Origin: Candidatus Binatia bacterium
Lineage (GTDB): Bacteria; Desulfobacterota; Binatia; Bin18
Assembly: GCA_963666315.2 (NCBI GenBank)
Contig: CAXXHG010000040.1
Span: 32,001-96,000, forward strand
Direction: 5' to 3'
Length of the DNA: 64,000 bases
Each line of letters begins with the position of its first letter. Within the stretch, counting starts at the first letter, position 1. Shown here one piece after another: positions 49,569 through 59,407 of the stretch. A model generated the notes under the pieces. It was not told the origin of the DNA, searched no databases, and was given only the letters and a program-made list of their open reading frames with translations. The position numbers and the translations under genes are program-made.

Positions 49569-50510
49569 TTACGGCCGAAAACGCGGAAACAGTTCAGTAG
49601 CAATGCGCCGGAGTTGATCCATGATTGCCGCAGACGGGACTGCGGGAATCAGGGTGACATGTTGAACACCGGCCTCGACATAACGCTCAATGGTCGCAAT
49701 GCACTCGGCAACCGGCCCGAGCGCACAATATTTATCCACAAGGTGCTCAAAGGGCTGGTTGTATTCAGTCGAAATAGTACGCAGGGCCTGCTGTCTGGCC
49801 TCTTCGTAGGTTGGCGCAACACAAAAATATAAGACAACGCCGCCCGTAAATATTGTACGCGAAGCTTCGTCGCGTTGCTGCCAATACTCCAAGGCTTTGT
49901 CCATACTTGTGCGAAAGCGCTCAGGAGTCACAAAATACGCGAACCAGCCATCCCCATATTGCCCCGCGCGTTTGAGTGCGGCGTCGACCCGTCCGCCAAC
50001 CCAAATCGGCGGATGAGGTTGCTGAAGCGGGCGTGGGGCCATGGACGCATCCTCAAACTCAGAGAACGTGCCGGCTATCGTTGCTGCTGAGTTGGTCCAC
50101 AGCGCCTTAATGACCTGTAACCCTTCGTTGGCACGCCGGCCCCGTTCCCGCAAGGAAATTCCACACGCTTCGTATTCTTTCTGGAACTCGCCCCCTACCC
50201 CGACACCCAGAATTGCACGACCGTTGGACAGCCAATCCAGGGTAGCGATCATTTTGGCAACCAAGGTCGGGTTACGTAAAGGCAGCAGCAGGACACCAGT
50301 GCCGAGTTTAATTATCGTCGTCCTCGCGGCAAAAGCGCCCAACATGGTAAAGGGATCGAGGACCGGGCTGTGCCACAACACATGGTCCCGGTAGAAGAGG
50401 ATGTCAAACCCAAGCTGTTCGATTTCCTCGGCCCAGTGACACAACGTCGGTCCAGAAACGAGTCCTGCCCCAAAACCTCCCAAAGTTGTTCCAAATGTGA
50501 CCTGACTCAT
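49569..50510 (-). CDS. LLM-class flavin-dependent oxidoreductase
   Basis: DPFTML, LRNPTLVAK, SNGRAILGVG and PPIWVGG motifs. Confidence 0.9.
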   Translation of the reverse strand: MSQVTFGTTLGGFGAGLVSGPTLCHWAEEIEQLGFDILFYRDHVLWHSPVLDPFTMLGAFAARTTIIKLGTGVLLLPLRNPTLVAKMIATLDWLSNGRAILGVGVGGEFQKEYEACGISLRERGRRANEGLQVIKALWTNSAATIAGTFSEFEDASMAPRPLQQPHPPIWVGGRVDAALKRAGQYGDGWFAYFVTPERFRTSMDKALEYWQQRDEASRTIFTGGVVLYFCVAPTYEEARQQALRTISTEYNQPFEHLVDKYCALGPVAECIATIERYVEAGVQHVTLIPAVPSAAIMDQLRRIATELFPRFRP

Positions 50511-50519
50511 GCTGTGTTG

Positions 50520-51392
50520 CTATCCGTGCTTGGCAATCACTTGCTCGGCAAACCGTTCCATTGCCACCGTCACATCGCCCGCGCGGAGTGCATGCATATT
50601 GACTAAGAGGCGATGAACGCCGAGTTCTTCGTAGACGCCAAGACTCTCCAGCCCCTCAGTGTAATAGTTCCAGTAGGCCGTTATTTCGAGTTCGCCGATA
50701 TCTCGGCCCTGGCGATCACACTCCGCAGCGAGTGCCTGCATATGCGTCCGGTAGTCGTCCAGGTCTTTGCCTATCACGTACCAGCCATCGCCATATTTCA
50801 CCGCGCGCCGAATGGCGGGTTGGGAGACGCCCCCAATCACGAGCGGCACCCCGCCGGGCTGCGCGGGTTTAGGCCGCATGGTGAAGCCTTGCCAGTTTAT
50901 AAACTCACCCTGATAATTGACTTCTTCACCCGTCCACACGGCTTTGAGTGCTTCCAGATATTCGTTCGACCGTTTGCCGCGGCGTTCAAACGGTACGCCG
51001 ATAGCGGCAAACTCTTCACGTAACCAACCGATACCTAACCCCAGCATCAGCCGTCCTTGTGACAGATGGTCGATCGAAGATGCCCATTTGGCTAAATATA
51101 ACGGACTCAGCTGCGGCAGGATATTCACCCCCGTTCCGAGTCGAATCTTTTTCGTGGCTGCAGCAATAAAGGTCAGGGCAACCAGAGGATCGATAATCGG
51201 CGCATCTGGTTTGAATGGCAGTTTTCCGCCCGGGTTATACGGGTATAAGGAGTCGTACTGCCTGGGGATAATGACATGCTCGGCTGTCCAGACGGATTCA
51301 TAACCAAGGGCTTCCGCTCTTTGGACAAACGGAATTACCATTTCCGGGTCAGTACACTCACGCAGATTGATGGGCACGATGCCGAATTTCAT
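50520..51392 (-). CDS. LLM-class (probably F420-dependent) oxidoreductase
   Basis: WTAEHV..YPY..DPLVAL and GIGWLREEF motifs. Confidence 0.9.
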   Translation of the reverse strand: MKFGIVPINLRECTDPEMVIPFVQRAEALGYESVWTAEHVIIPRQYDSLYPYNPGGKLPFKPDAPIIDPLVALTFIAAATKKIRLGTGVNILPQLSPLYLAKWASSIDHLSQGRLMLGLGIGWLREEFAAIGVPFERRGKRSNEYLEALKAVWTGEEVNYQGEFINWQGFTMRPKPAQPGGVPLVIGGVSQPAIRRAVKYGDGWYVIGKDLDDYRTHMQALAAECDRQGRDIGELEITAYWNYYTEGLESLGVYEELGVHRLLVNMHALRAGDVTVAMERFAEQVIAKHG

Positions 51393-51435
51393 ACTTGGGC
51401 TCCTCGTAGGCTAGCGGCCACAGCGTCCTGTGCTC

Positions 51436-52068
51436 TTATGTTTCCTCAAGCTTAAAACGGCCACGGAATTCATCTGTTGAGTTTACACGAGGAAACGGTT
51501 CGTCAGGAATGGGGCGATCAAGAAAACGACACAACGGCTCCCAGCCCTCGGCAACTTCATACACAAGTAAGCGGTCGGCCGACACAGTCCGCCGGACTTC
51601 CTCGTTATGGTCTTCGTACACGCCAATAGTGTGCTCTCGATCCTCAAAGCGTCCGTTAAACGTCCGGTCAAAAATGAGCTTGAGCGCCATCTCCCGCTGC
51701 GCCACGGCCCTAGGATCATCCGTCGTCAACGGACGCATTAACACAGGATAAATCGTACTGACGACACTGTCATACCAACGTTCAGGATCACGGGCAGTCA
51801 ATATCACTTTTGCCTCAGGATAGAAGTCGGTTAATTGTTTCCAAAACGAACACGGCGGCCAATCCACTGCCGCACTATAGCCGGCGAATAAAGCAACCCA
51901 GTCAGGCAGCTTCCCCTCGGCAGCTGCGTGCCATAACTCCGCATGGCCTGCGTTTTCGAGGACTTCGATTATGTGATAGCAGCGTCCGATTCCCAATTGT
52001 TCAAGAGCAATCTTGAGCGACATCGTACCGGTCCGACCGAAACTCGCCCCAATGACCGAAAGTGTCAT
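51436..52068 (-). CDS. Sulfotransferase-like P-loop protein (Sulfotransfer_4 type)
   Basis: GRTGTMSLKIALE, VDWP, RDPERWYDS and GWEPLCRFL..PFPRVN motifs. Confidence 0.85.
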   Translation of the reverse strand: MTLSVIGASFGRTGTMSLKIALEQLGIGRCYHIIEVLENAGHAELWHAAAEGKLPDWVALFAGYSAAVDWPPCSFWKQLTDFYPEAKVILTARDPERWYDSVVSTIYPVLMRPLTTDDPRAVAQREMALKLIFDRTFNGRFEDREHTIGVYEDHNEEVRRTVSADRLLVYEVAEGWEPLCRFLDRPIPDEPFPRVNSTDEFRGRFKLEET

Positions 52069-52240
52069 CCAGCCTCCTTCGTCTGCGTGTAAGAGAATTC
52101 CGAAAGCGACTGTCCTAGCATGGGGCGCGCATAGACACTAGGCAGCCGCTAGGCGTTGACTTTGAGCAAGCGAAGAGCCTCACGTATTGCGCCATGCGGT
52201 CCTTCCTATAGCATGGTCTCCGTTCAAAGGAGACCGAACT

Positions 52241-52645
52241 ATGCAGACCGAAGAAACACGCGCGTTGATCAAAACCTATTACGAAACCCTGCCGACCGGG
52301 AACCGGGAAAAGCTGGCGTCCTTGTTTACTGAGGACATTGAGTGGCACCCGCCAGAGAGTGCACCGCTTGAGGTTATCAAAGGCCCGCGAGCGGTGGCTG
52401 CCGAGCTAGGCGGCGACACGCCCAAGCGGATCTTCGATATGAAAACCTTCCGGCTGAAGATTCACCGCATGCTGGCAGACGGAGACACCGCAGTCGTCCA
52501 GCATTCCATTTCAGCCAAGACACGTGCAGGCGAGCAGTACGACAACGAGTACTGCTGGGTCTACCAGTGTCGGGACGGCAAAATTGCCAAGATCGAGGAA
52601 TACGCGGATACGCTCAAGGCGGCACGCGTTATGAAATGGGAATGA
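52241..52645 (+). CDS. SnoaL/NTF2-like protein
   Basis: LFTEDIEW, ADGDTAV and YDNEYCWV..DGKI..IEEYADT motifs. Confidence 0.85.
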   Translation: MQTEETRALIKTYYETLPTGNREKLASLFTEDIEWHPPESAPLEVIKGPRAVAAELGGDTPKRIFDMKTFRLKIHRMLADGDTAVVQHSISAKTRAGEQYDNEYCWVYQCRDGKIAKIEEYADTLKAARVMKWE

Positions 52646-52714
52646 TCGGGTATTGACATGCCACTCTCTAGACCCCGTCCCTCTTTGCTTATTTTCTAGA
52701 CAAGTCAGCAACGC

Positions 52715-53003
52715 TCCGGTAGTTTGCCAGCATGGATATGGTGGCAGGGGAATCTTCTTTGCCGAGTGCCTACGTAGCATGTTCGAACATAACTGGACTC
52801 GCCTGGAGATCCGCGGGAAAGCGGGCCAGACCTTCCTCGAAGAGGTCAAGGCGGAGCTTGAGCACTATGTCTGGAGCCTGCCCGGCATCAGCAACCGGTT
52901 CCGCGGCCCCCGCGACCGCGTCACTGCGCTCATCCCCAAACGGCGCGTCGATCTGTGGGCAGAGTGCAAGGCGCCCAAACTCGACGACTACATCGGCGGG
53001 TGA
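52715..53003 (+). pseudogene. C-terminal remnant of a Baeyer-Villiger/flavin monooxygenase-like gene
   Basis: IFFAEC..LEHYVWSLPGISN.FR..RVTALIP..W...KAPKLDDY resembles BVMO C-termini. Confidence 0.45.
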
Positions 53004-53068
53004 TGCAATCGGTCACGAGTAAGGTGCCAGGCAAAGCCCGGCTTGGTCAGCATCTCACTCGACCCCCA

Positions 53069-53269
53069 TCACTCTTCTGTCAGCAGCCAAGGCGCGGCAG
53101 CCAAGATCAGGCCGACGATGACCGCTGCATAGGGATTAGGTAAGAAATAGGGAAGAGCACAAAGACCTATGCCCGCGATCAAAGGAATCAGCCTTTGCTG
53201 CTTCTTGCCATAGATGATTTATCCCACACCTATCGATCCAAAGAGGACCGAAGACATCAACGTGGTCAT
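53069..53269 (-). pseudogene. Small membrane protein with an internal stop
   Basis: VLFGSIGVG*IIYGKKQQRLIPLIAGIGLCALPYF. Confidence 0.55.
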
Positions 53270-53327
53270 AATGCCCAACCACCATTAATCGAGCTGGATT
53301 TGGCAAAAGGTTGCCCTCCGCTCCACC

Positions 53328-53854
53328 TCACTCTGGACTTTCCTGGAGTCCATCGACATATACATATTTTCCGCTTGTCGGACTCATGACATAGCTAAGA
53401 ATCTTACGACGATTCGTGCCCTTTCCTGGAGGTTTGAGAGAGACATGCACCCAGCCAGAGTTTGGTCCTTCCGCAGCACTGAAACACTCTAGGATGACCT
53501 GGTCGAATTCAAGATTTTCAGTCACCCACTGGGCCAGCTCGATATTTGACATATCAGGGATTTCGATATCGCGCGCTTGCCCTTCTTCTTAAGCGTCCGT
53601 TCCAGTGCTTGGGAACGATAAACGCTATTGGGCGAGTATGATCCAAAAGCGTCGCGTACGGCTTGGAGCACATTCCGACATAAATAGACTGCGGCCTGGG
53701 CCGTTGTCGCTCCTGAAAACGCATTATCGATTGCGTGTCGCTCAGCTGTTTCCGATTTTGTCAATTCGAAGAAGACAAAATTCTTGGACACTTGGTCTCG
53801 TGGATCCGCACGAGCAGGAAATTCATCCCATTTGACATTTGTTAAATTGGCCAT
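53328..53854 (-). pseudogene. Peptidase M15A-like (D-Ala-D-Ala carboxypeptidase) gene, disrupted
   Basis: SKNF.FFELTKSETAERHAIDN, LQAVRDAFG..SVYRS, then FDQVILE..GWVHVS. The SxH zinc motif region is missing at the frame break near 53580. Confidence 0.7.
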
Positions 53855-54052
53855 GTTCTGTCCTCCTTAGGGGATTTATCAACAAAGCTTACCCTAAAAG
53901 AGATAAAAATAAAGCAATTTCAATATGTTGCATAACTTTACAGATTGTTCGGGAACAGGAAGAGCAAGACGGGAAGGATGTACAGTAGACTCGTACCACG
54001 ACAACCAAATGGTGGAGATCGAAGAATACGCTGCTACACGCAAAGCAGCATA

Positions 54053-54442
54053 CTAGATCATTTCCAGTCCGATATGCCTCGCCATCAGATCGAAATCGGA
54101 ATCATTATGAACGAGTTTGAATCCATGTTCTACACAGAATGTACCGATCAGCACATCGATCGTCTTGAGCACGGTCACGCCTTTCGATCTGAGAAGTCGA
54201 TAGTTGGCGGCTGACTTCTCTGCAATGGCAAACGCAACCATTTCAAACCGGGGAAGTGAGGGAAGGAGAGAAGAGACTCGGCCTCGCTCACGCGAAGAAC
54301 GGATGCCTTGCATTATCTCGCAGTACACGAGATCACCAATCCCGACGGGCTCTTGCTCAAGGCACCGATCAACCTTTTCGACAATATCTGGAATCCCGAT
54401 CCGGAAATACTCGATCCAGGCTGACGTATCAACGATAACCAC
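54053..54442 (-). CDS. VapC PIN toxin
   Basis: IVDTSAWIEY, EIMQG, TIDVLI and HNDSDF motifs. Confidence 0.9.
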   Translation of the reverse strand: MVIVDTSAWIEYFRIGIPDIVEKVDRCLEQEPVGIGDLVYCEIMQGIRSSRERGRVSSLLPSLPRFEMVAFAIAEKSAANYRLLRSKGVTVLKTIDVLIGTFCVEHGFKLVHNDSDFDLMARHIGLEMI

Positions 54443-54443
54443 G

Positions 54444-54635
54444 TCAGTCCTTTCTCATCTCGTCAAGATCGCCTTCCCAAGTGATGTTTCCTTTGAGCGT
54501 ACGGAGCTTCTTCTGGCTATGGAACTGAACCAATAGCTGTAAGCCAGACTCAATCGCTGCCCGCTTCGTGCGACAGCCGCTGGCACGAAGAGCGCATGAC
54601 ATCAGCTTATCATCGATAACTACATTCGTCCTCAT
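54444..54635 (-). CDS. VapB antitoxin
   Basis: MRTNVVIDDKLM..TKR..WEGDLDEMR. Confidence 0.9.
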   Translation of the reverse strand: MRTNVVIDDKLMSCALRASGCRTKRAAIESGLQLLVQFHSQKKLRTLKGNITWEGDLDEMRKD

Positions 54636-54641
54636 AATACA

Positions 54642-54676
54642 CCTCTGAATGTGTATTGAACGTACACATTCAGAGG
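54642..54676. promoter_or_regulatory. Perfect 14-bp inverted repeat, probable VapBC operator
   Basis: cctctgaatgtgta-N7-tacacattcagagg, directly upstream of vapB. Confidence 0.65.
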
Positions 54677-54904
54677 AAGATGTTTAAGGCTACACATTAG
54701 GAAAGGGAGCAGTACGATAATGGATACTGCGAGATCAACTCATACCAGGACGACAAAATGGCGCGGGTTGAAGAATACGCGGGGACGCTCACAGCAGCAG
54801 GCTCTTTGAGCAGGCGTGATTAGGTAGCAGGCGCTGTGTCTATGGGAAAGCAAGGTGGGTCGGAGGACAGACCTCCTCTATCTACAGCGTTATACCGCAG
54901 CAAA

Positions 54905-55141
54905 TCATATTCCCCGAAAGATAAAGTAGGCAGCACCCACCACGCGAAACGAAGCCCAAATATAATCCGTTTTCACCGGACTCCCCATGACGAACACCGT
55001 AAACGGGATGAAAATCAGGAGCGACATCCCAATCTGAAGGATTTGGAGCTGAGTGAGCGTGAGTTCGGTGTGGCCAATGCGGTTTGCCGGAATGTGAACC
55101 GAATATTCAAAAAAAGCGATCCCCCAACTAGCGAGGGCCTT
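54905..55141 (-). pseudogene. 5'-truncated DMT-family (DUF486-like) membrane protein
   Basis: SWGIAFFEY..PANRIG..QL.ILQ..DYIWA..GAAYFIFRG; in-frame stop upstream, no start. Confidence 0.65.
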
Positions 55142-55284
55142 TTAGTCGGAATGACCCCTTTTAGTCAGAACTACGGGTTAGGGCAGCAGCGTCTGTGGGT
55201 GGCAATTAGGTTGACAATGTCCCCGATAAGATTGATAGTCAATTTATATAAGGTTGACAGTAATTCTTTGGAGATTCTGCAATT

Positions 55285-56322
55285 ATGGTAGGCGTAAGAC
55301 GGAGAGGTGAAACGATACGCCAGTTCATCTTGGATAACGTCGAAAGCAATCCACGCGACATCTCAAGACTGACTGTGGACGCCTTCGGAATTTCCCGCCA
55401 GGCAGTCAATAAGCACCTCCAATACCTCGTCAGACAAGGCGCATTATCGGCAAAGGGATCAACGCGCAACCGCGATTACGTAGTTCAGCCATTAGTCGAG
55501 TGGGAGAAGGTATACCCTATAGATTCCTCATTGATTGAGGATCGAGTCTGGCGTGAAGATATTGGACCACTTCTAGGTGGGTTGCCTGATAACGTGATGC
55601 AAATCTGGCAATACGGCTTTACGGAGATGTTCAACAACGTGTTGGATCACTCGGCAGGCAAGAGTACATTTGTATGCGTTGAGAAAACGGCTCGTGTGAC
55701 TGAAATCGGAATCTCTGACGATGGAGTTGGGATATTCAAGAAGATCCAGGACGAGTTAGGTCTGATCGATGAACGACATGCAGTTCTGGAATTGTCTAAG
55801 GGCAAAATAACGACGGATCCAGAACGTCATACTGGCGAGGGAGTATTCTTTTCATCCCGTATGTTTGATGACTTTGTAATCCTCTCTGGGACAGTCTATT
55901 TCTCGCATACACACGCGGAAATCAAGGACTGGATACTGGAAAGGCAGAAGTTTGAGTCAGGAACGAGCGTCTTCATGAAGCTACGGAACAATAGTTCGCG
56001 AACCACGCAGAAAGTGTTTGCAAAATTTACGGCGGCAGACGATTTTGGCTTCACGAAGACGGCTGTGCCCGTGCGACTTGCCAGGTATGGGGACGAGCTG
56101 CTTATCTCCCGATCGCAGGCCAAACGGCTACTCGCAAGGCTAGAACGATTTAAGATTGTCATTCTAGACTTCGAGGGAGTTGAGACAATCGGTCAGGCGT
56201 TTGCGGATGAGGTGTTTCGAGTGTTTACAGCGCATCACTCAGCATTGGAACTGGTCCATATCAAGGCCAATAGTGCCGTCAAACGAATGATTGCACGGGC
56301 GCAGTCACTTGCACTTCCCTAA
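55285..56322 (+). CDS. wHTH + HATPase-like + STAS-like (DUF4325) protein
   Basis: FGISRQAVNKHL; TEMFNNVLDHS..DDGVGIF..HTGEGVFF; SRSQAKRL..LDFEGV..IGQAFADEVFR. Confidence 0.8.
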   Translation: MVGVRRRGETIRQFILDNVESNPRDISRLTVDAFGISRQAVNKHLQYLVRQGALSAKGSTRNRDYVVQPLVEWEKVYPIDSSLIEDRVWREDIGPLLGGLPDNVMQIWQYGFTEMFNNVLDHSAGKSTFVCVEKTARVTEIGISDDGVGIFKKIQDELGLIDERHAVLELSKGKITTDPERHTGEGVFFSSRMFDDFVILSGTVYFSHTHAEIKDWILERQKFESGTSVFMKLRNNSSRTTQKVFAKFTAADDFGFTKTAVPVRLARYGDELLISRSQAKRLLARLERFKIVILDFEGVETIGQAFADEVFRVFTAHHSALELVHIKANSAVKRMIARAQSLALP

Positions 56323-56444
56323 CTCTCATTCTACTGAGAACCGATATCTAATAATTCTTGAATGATCCGGATATCCTCCCCAATTGTCCCTCCCCGCCAG
56401 AACCGGTAAAACGACTGCCTAGACTTTCGACACACGAGGGAACT

Positions 56445-56909
56445 ATGAGCGAGCGACCGTTTAAAGTGCTTGGTATTCAACAGATCGCCGTGGGTGGGCT
56501 GGATAAGAATCCGTTGCGCAAATTCTGGGTGGATACGCTGGGGCTGACGCTGAGCGGGAATTACCGGAGCGAGAACGAGAACGTGGACGAGGACATTGCC
56601 ATAATCGGCTCAGGACCACTCAAACTGGAAGTGGATTTGATGCAGCCCATCGATCCGGAGAAACGCCCCAAGGTCCAAGACCCAGCGCTGAATCACATTG
56701 GGCTGTGGATCGACGACTTGCACGCAGCAGGGAAGTGGCTGGGCGAGCAAGGCGTGCGGTTTACGCCAGGCGGCATTCGCAAGGGCGCGGCGGGCTATGA
56801 TGTGTGTTTCATTCACCCTAAGGGCAATGAAGAATTCCCGCTGTGTGCCGAAGGGGTGCTGATTGAGTTGGTGCAGGCCCCACCTGAGGTGATTGAGGCG
56901 TTATCGTAA
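56445..56909 (+). CDS. VOC protein (methylmalonyl-CoA epimerase-like)
   Basis: QQIAVGG, ENVDEDI, LNHIGLW and [13 protein letters not shown] motifs. Confidence 0.85.
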   Translation: MSERPFKVLGIQQIAVGGLDKNPLRKFWVDTLGLTLSGNYRSENENVDEDIAIIGSGPLKLEVDLMQPIDPEKRPKVQDPALNHIGLWIDDLHAAGKWLGEQGVRFTPGGIRKGAAGYDVCFIHPKGNEEFPLCAEGVLIELVQAPPEVIEALS

Positions 56910-56912
56910 ACA

Positions 56913-56980
56913 GGAGACCCACCCCGGCCGCCGACCTATGGTCGGACGCGCCACCCCTCCCAAGAGGGGATTTTTTAGGA
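56913..56980. repeat. REP-like palindromic element between convergent genes
   Basis: cccaccccg..ccgacctatggtcgg..cccctcccaagagggg. Confidence 0.5.
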
Positions 56981-56986
56981 GAGATT

Positions 56987-57820
56987 TTATCGTCCCGGTA
57001 CGCGGTACATCCGAATTGGATGTGGAGTGCGGTGAAATTCGGGCAGGTCTCGCCATGGACGACCAGCAGTGATGCCACCGTCCACGGCTAACGCCTGACC
57101 GGTCACAAAGCTTGAATCATCACTGGCTAACCATAGGGCTGCTTTGGCGATCTCTTCGGGTTCACCCACGCGACCGAGAGGGTGCATATGTGCTGCGCCT
57201 TTGCGTAGACCGGCAACCTGTCTGTCCGTTGGTGTCGGACGGCCTACGGCGAGGGGGGTCACAATGGCACCTGGACAGATGCAGTTCACCCGGATATTGA
57301 ACTCACTAAGCTCCAAGGCAACCGACTTGGTCAGATGAATCACCCCAGCTTTTGCAACACTATAGAGGTGCGTAGCCATGCCTGCTTCAATACCGGCGGC
57401 GCTGGAGGTGCTGATAATACTACCGGATTGTTGTTTCTTCATGATCGGCGCGGCGTGTTTGATACCGAGAAACACGCCTTTGAGCAACACATCAAAGGTC
57501 ATATCATAGTCTTCAACGCTAATGCTCTCGATCGGCCCCAGGGCTCCGCCAAAACCCGCGTTGTTGAAAATACAATCCAGCCGTCCCCAACGCTCAACCG
57601 CAGCATCAATGGCTGCTTTGACCTCGACTTCTTGCGTGACATTCACCTGCTGAAATGCCGCTTGCTCACCCAGTTCTTCGGCAATGTCCTGTCCTTTATC
57701 TTCCTGCATATCCGCGATCAAGACGCGCGCGCCTTCTGCCGCGAACATGCGGACGGTTGCCGCGCCTATGCCGCTGGCCCCGCCGGTGATCATGGCGACT
57801 TTTCCGTCAAGCTTGCCCAT
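56987..57820 (-). CDS. SDR oxidoreductase
   Basis: TGGASGIG, NNAG and YSVAK motifs. Confidence 0.9.
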   Translation of the reverse strand: MGKLDGKVAMITGGASGIGAATVRMFAAEGARVLIADMQEDKGQDIAEELGEQAAFQQVNVTQEVEVKAAIDAAVERWGRLDCIFNNAGFGGALGPIESISVEDYDMTFDVLLKGVFLGIKHAAPIMKKQQSGSIISTSSAAGIEAGMATHLYSVAKAGVIHLTKSVALELSEFNIRVNCICPGAIVTPLAVGRPTPTDRQVAGLRKGAAHMHPLGRVGEPEEIAKAALWLASDDSSFVTGQALAVDGGITAGRPWRDLPEFHRTPHPIRMYRVPGR

Positions 57821-57846
57821 GTTTTCCTCCTTTTCTCCGCTGCTGA

Positions 57847-59232
57847 TTAATGGCTCGCTGCAGCGCGTGGTCGTTGGTCTGGTGACAACGACAGGACGTA
57901 GAACACAACATCCCAGATCTGGTCCAGCTCTAACACCTCTCCATATGCGGCCATGGACGACCCGTCCATACCGTTAGCAATACGTTTGTAAATATCTGGG
58001 GGCGTGTGCCCGCCCCGGAAGCTCCATTTATGTGTCAGATCGCGCGGGACAATGGGATCACCCTCAGACGTCTTCAAATCCTGGCCTGAGCGGCCATCGC
58101 CCCGGCCTTCCGCGCCGTGACAACTGGGACAGCCGGAATCAGCATACAGGGAAACCCCGCGGGCAATGCGTTGCGGCGTGACTTCGGGCAGATCTGGAAC
58201 GACAGTGGGTTTAGCCGTTGAGCCTTTGGCAAAACGAGGCGAGAATTGTTTGATGTAGGCCACACTATCGCGTCTGTCTTGCTCACTTAAAATCGCCTCA
58301 AACGCCGGCATGCCGCCACCGGGCAGTCCTTTGGTCACAGTCTGGAAAAGATCCTCATCAGTTGGCAAACTTCCCGTTGGCGCAGATCGGTAACGGAACG
58401 AGCCATACGTAAAATCGCGCGGCCGAGGCAGCCAGTTAAGCGCCAGAGTCCCACGCCCGTCTCCGTTTATGCCATGGCAGCCGCTACATTGGCTGGTATA
58501 AATCTTTTTGCCGCGCTCAAGCGTTTGCGCTGCGAGAGCGGCATCTCCAGAGTCGGCTTGTCTTTTCTCATCGTAATCCTGAAAGAACTTGGCAATAGTA
58601 CAATCGCTCAGAAACGAGGCGAAATCGTTTTGTAAGCGGGCTGCTGTATATGTCGCCGTCCGATCTTTTCCGAGCAAAACCGATGCAGACTGTCCTTCCG
58701 GCGCGATGCTCAACAGCCGAGAGTTGAGGAAGGGAAGCGCCGGGTTCTTCGGCGCAGCGACTGCTTCAAAAAACTCGCGCCACGGAGTGAGGGTCTGACT
58801 CTCTATTTCTGCAAGACGCTCAGCTATGTTTACATCGTATACACCACCGCGAGAATCAAAAAATTCCGGAAAGTCAGTGTCCCGCCACTGCCGTTCGGCA
58901 ATGATATGCGCCAGCGCTTGTCCAAAAGGCACCACAACATCTTTTTGCCAGGCAGTGTCTTGCGCCCAGCGGAAGATTATCCCTTGAAGCCCCTCCCCGC
59001 TCAGTCCTACAATCGTAAAGGTATAAATCTTCTTGGCCTTGACCCATTCAAGAAACGACCGCCAGCGCGGATCTTCGGGTCTCAGCGTAAAAGCGTCGGC
59101 ACGGAGGTCGGTGGCCGAGTTATAGCTCGTTCGTATATCTCTACACGACCTTGTTCCCCCAGCCCCTGCAGGTTGCAGGGCCGGATGCAAGAGAACGAGA
59201 AAAAGCAGAACAATCGTGACCTTAGAGTACAT
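57847..59232 (-). CDS. Secreted diheme c-type cytochrome with an unrecognised N-terminal domain
   Basis: Signal peptide; CSGCH..PRPRDFT..GMPAF and CPSCH..PRDLT..GSSM motifs. Confidence 0.82.
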   Translation of the reverse strand: MYSKVTIVLLFLVLLHPALQPAGAGGTRSCRDIRTSYNSATDLRADAFTLRPEDPRWRSFLEWVKAKKIYTFTIVGLSGEGLQGIIFRWAQDTAWQKDVVVPFGQALAHIIAERQWRDTDFPEFFDSRGGVYDVNIAERLAEIESQTLTPWREFFEAVAAPKNPALPFLNSRLLSIAPEGQSASVLLGKDRTATYTAARLQNDFASFLSDCTIAKFFQDYDEKRQADSGDAALAAQTLERGKKIYTSQCSGCHGINGDGRGTLALNWLPRPRDFTYGSFRYRSAPTGSLPTDEDLFQTVTKGLPGGGMPAFEAILSEQDRRDSVAYIKQFSPRFAKGSTAKPTVVPDLPEVTPQRIARGVSLYADSGCPSCHGAEGRGDGRSGQDLKTSEGDPIVPRDLTHKWSFRGGHTPPDIYKRIANGMDGSSMAAYGEVLELDQIWDVVFYVLSLSPDQRPRAAASH

Positions 59233-59407
59233 AACCCTTCCCTATGTTCGACATAGGCGACACAGAACAGATAAAGCGCGCGCGTCGGCCGCCATTTCCA
59301 GCATCTCGATTACGGCATTGTATGCCGAACCTTTTCAGGCTGTGTAGGGGGGACGGGAGAGATGTACGAGCAACCGGCCGGTCGCCCGTATGAGATCTAC
59401 CAGCCGA

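Noticed and set aside
54836-55291. 151-aa plus-strand ORF
   Set aside because: It is the shadow of the DMT-family remnant on the minus strand.
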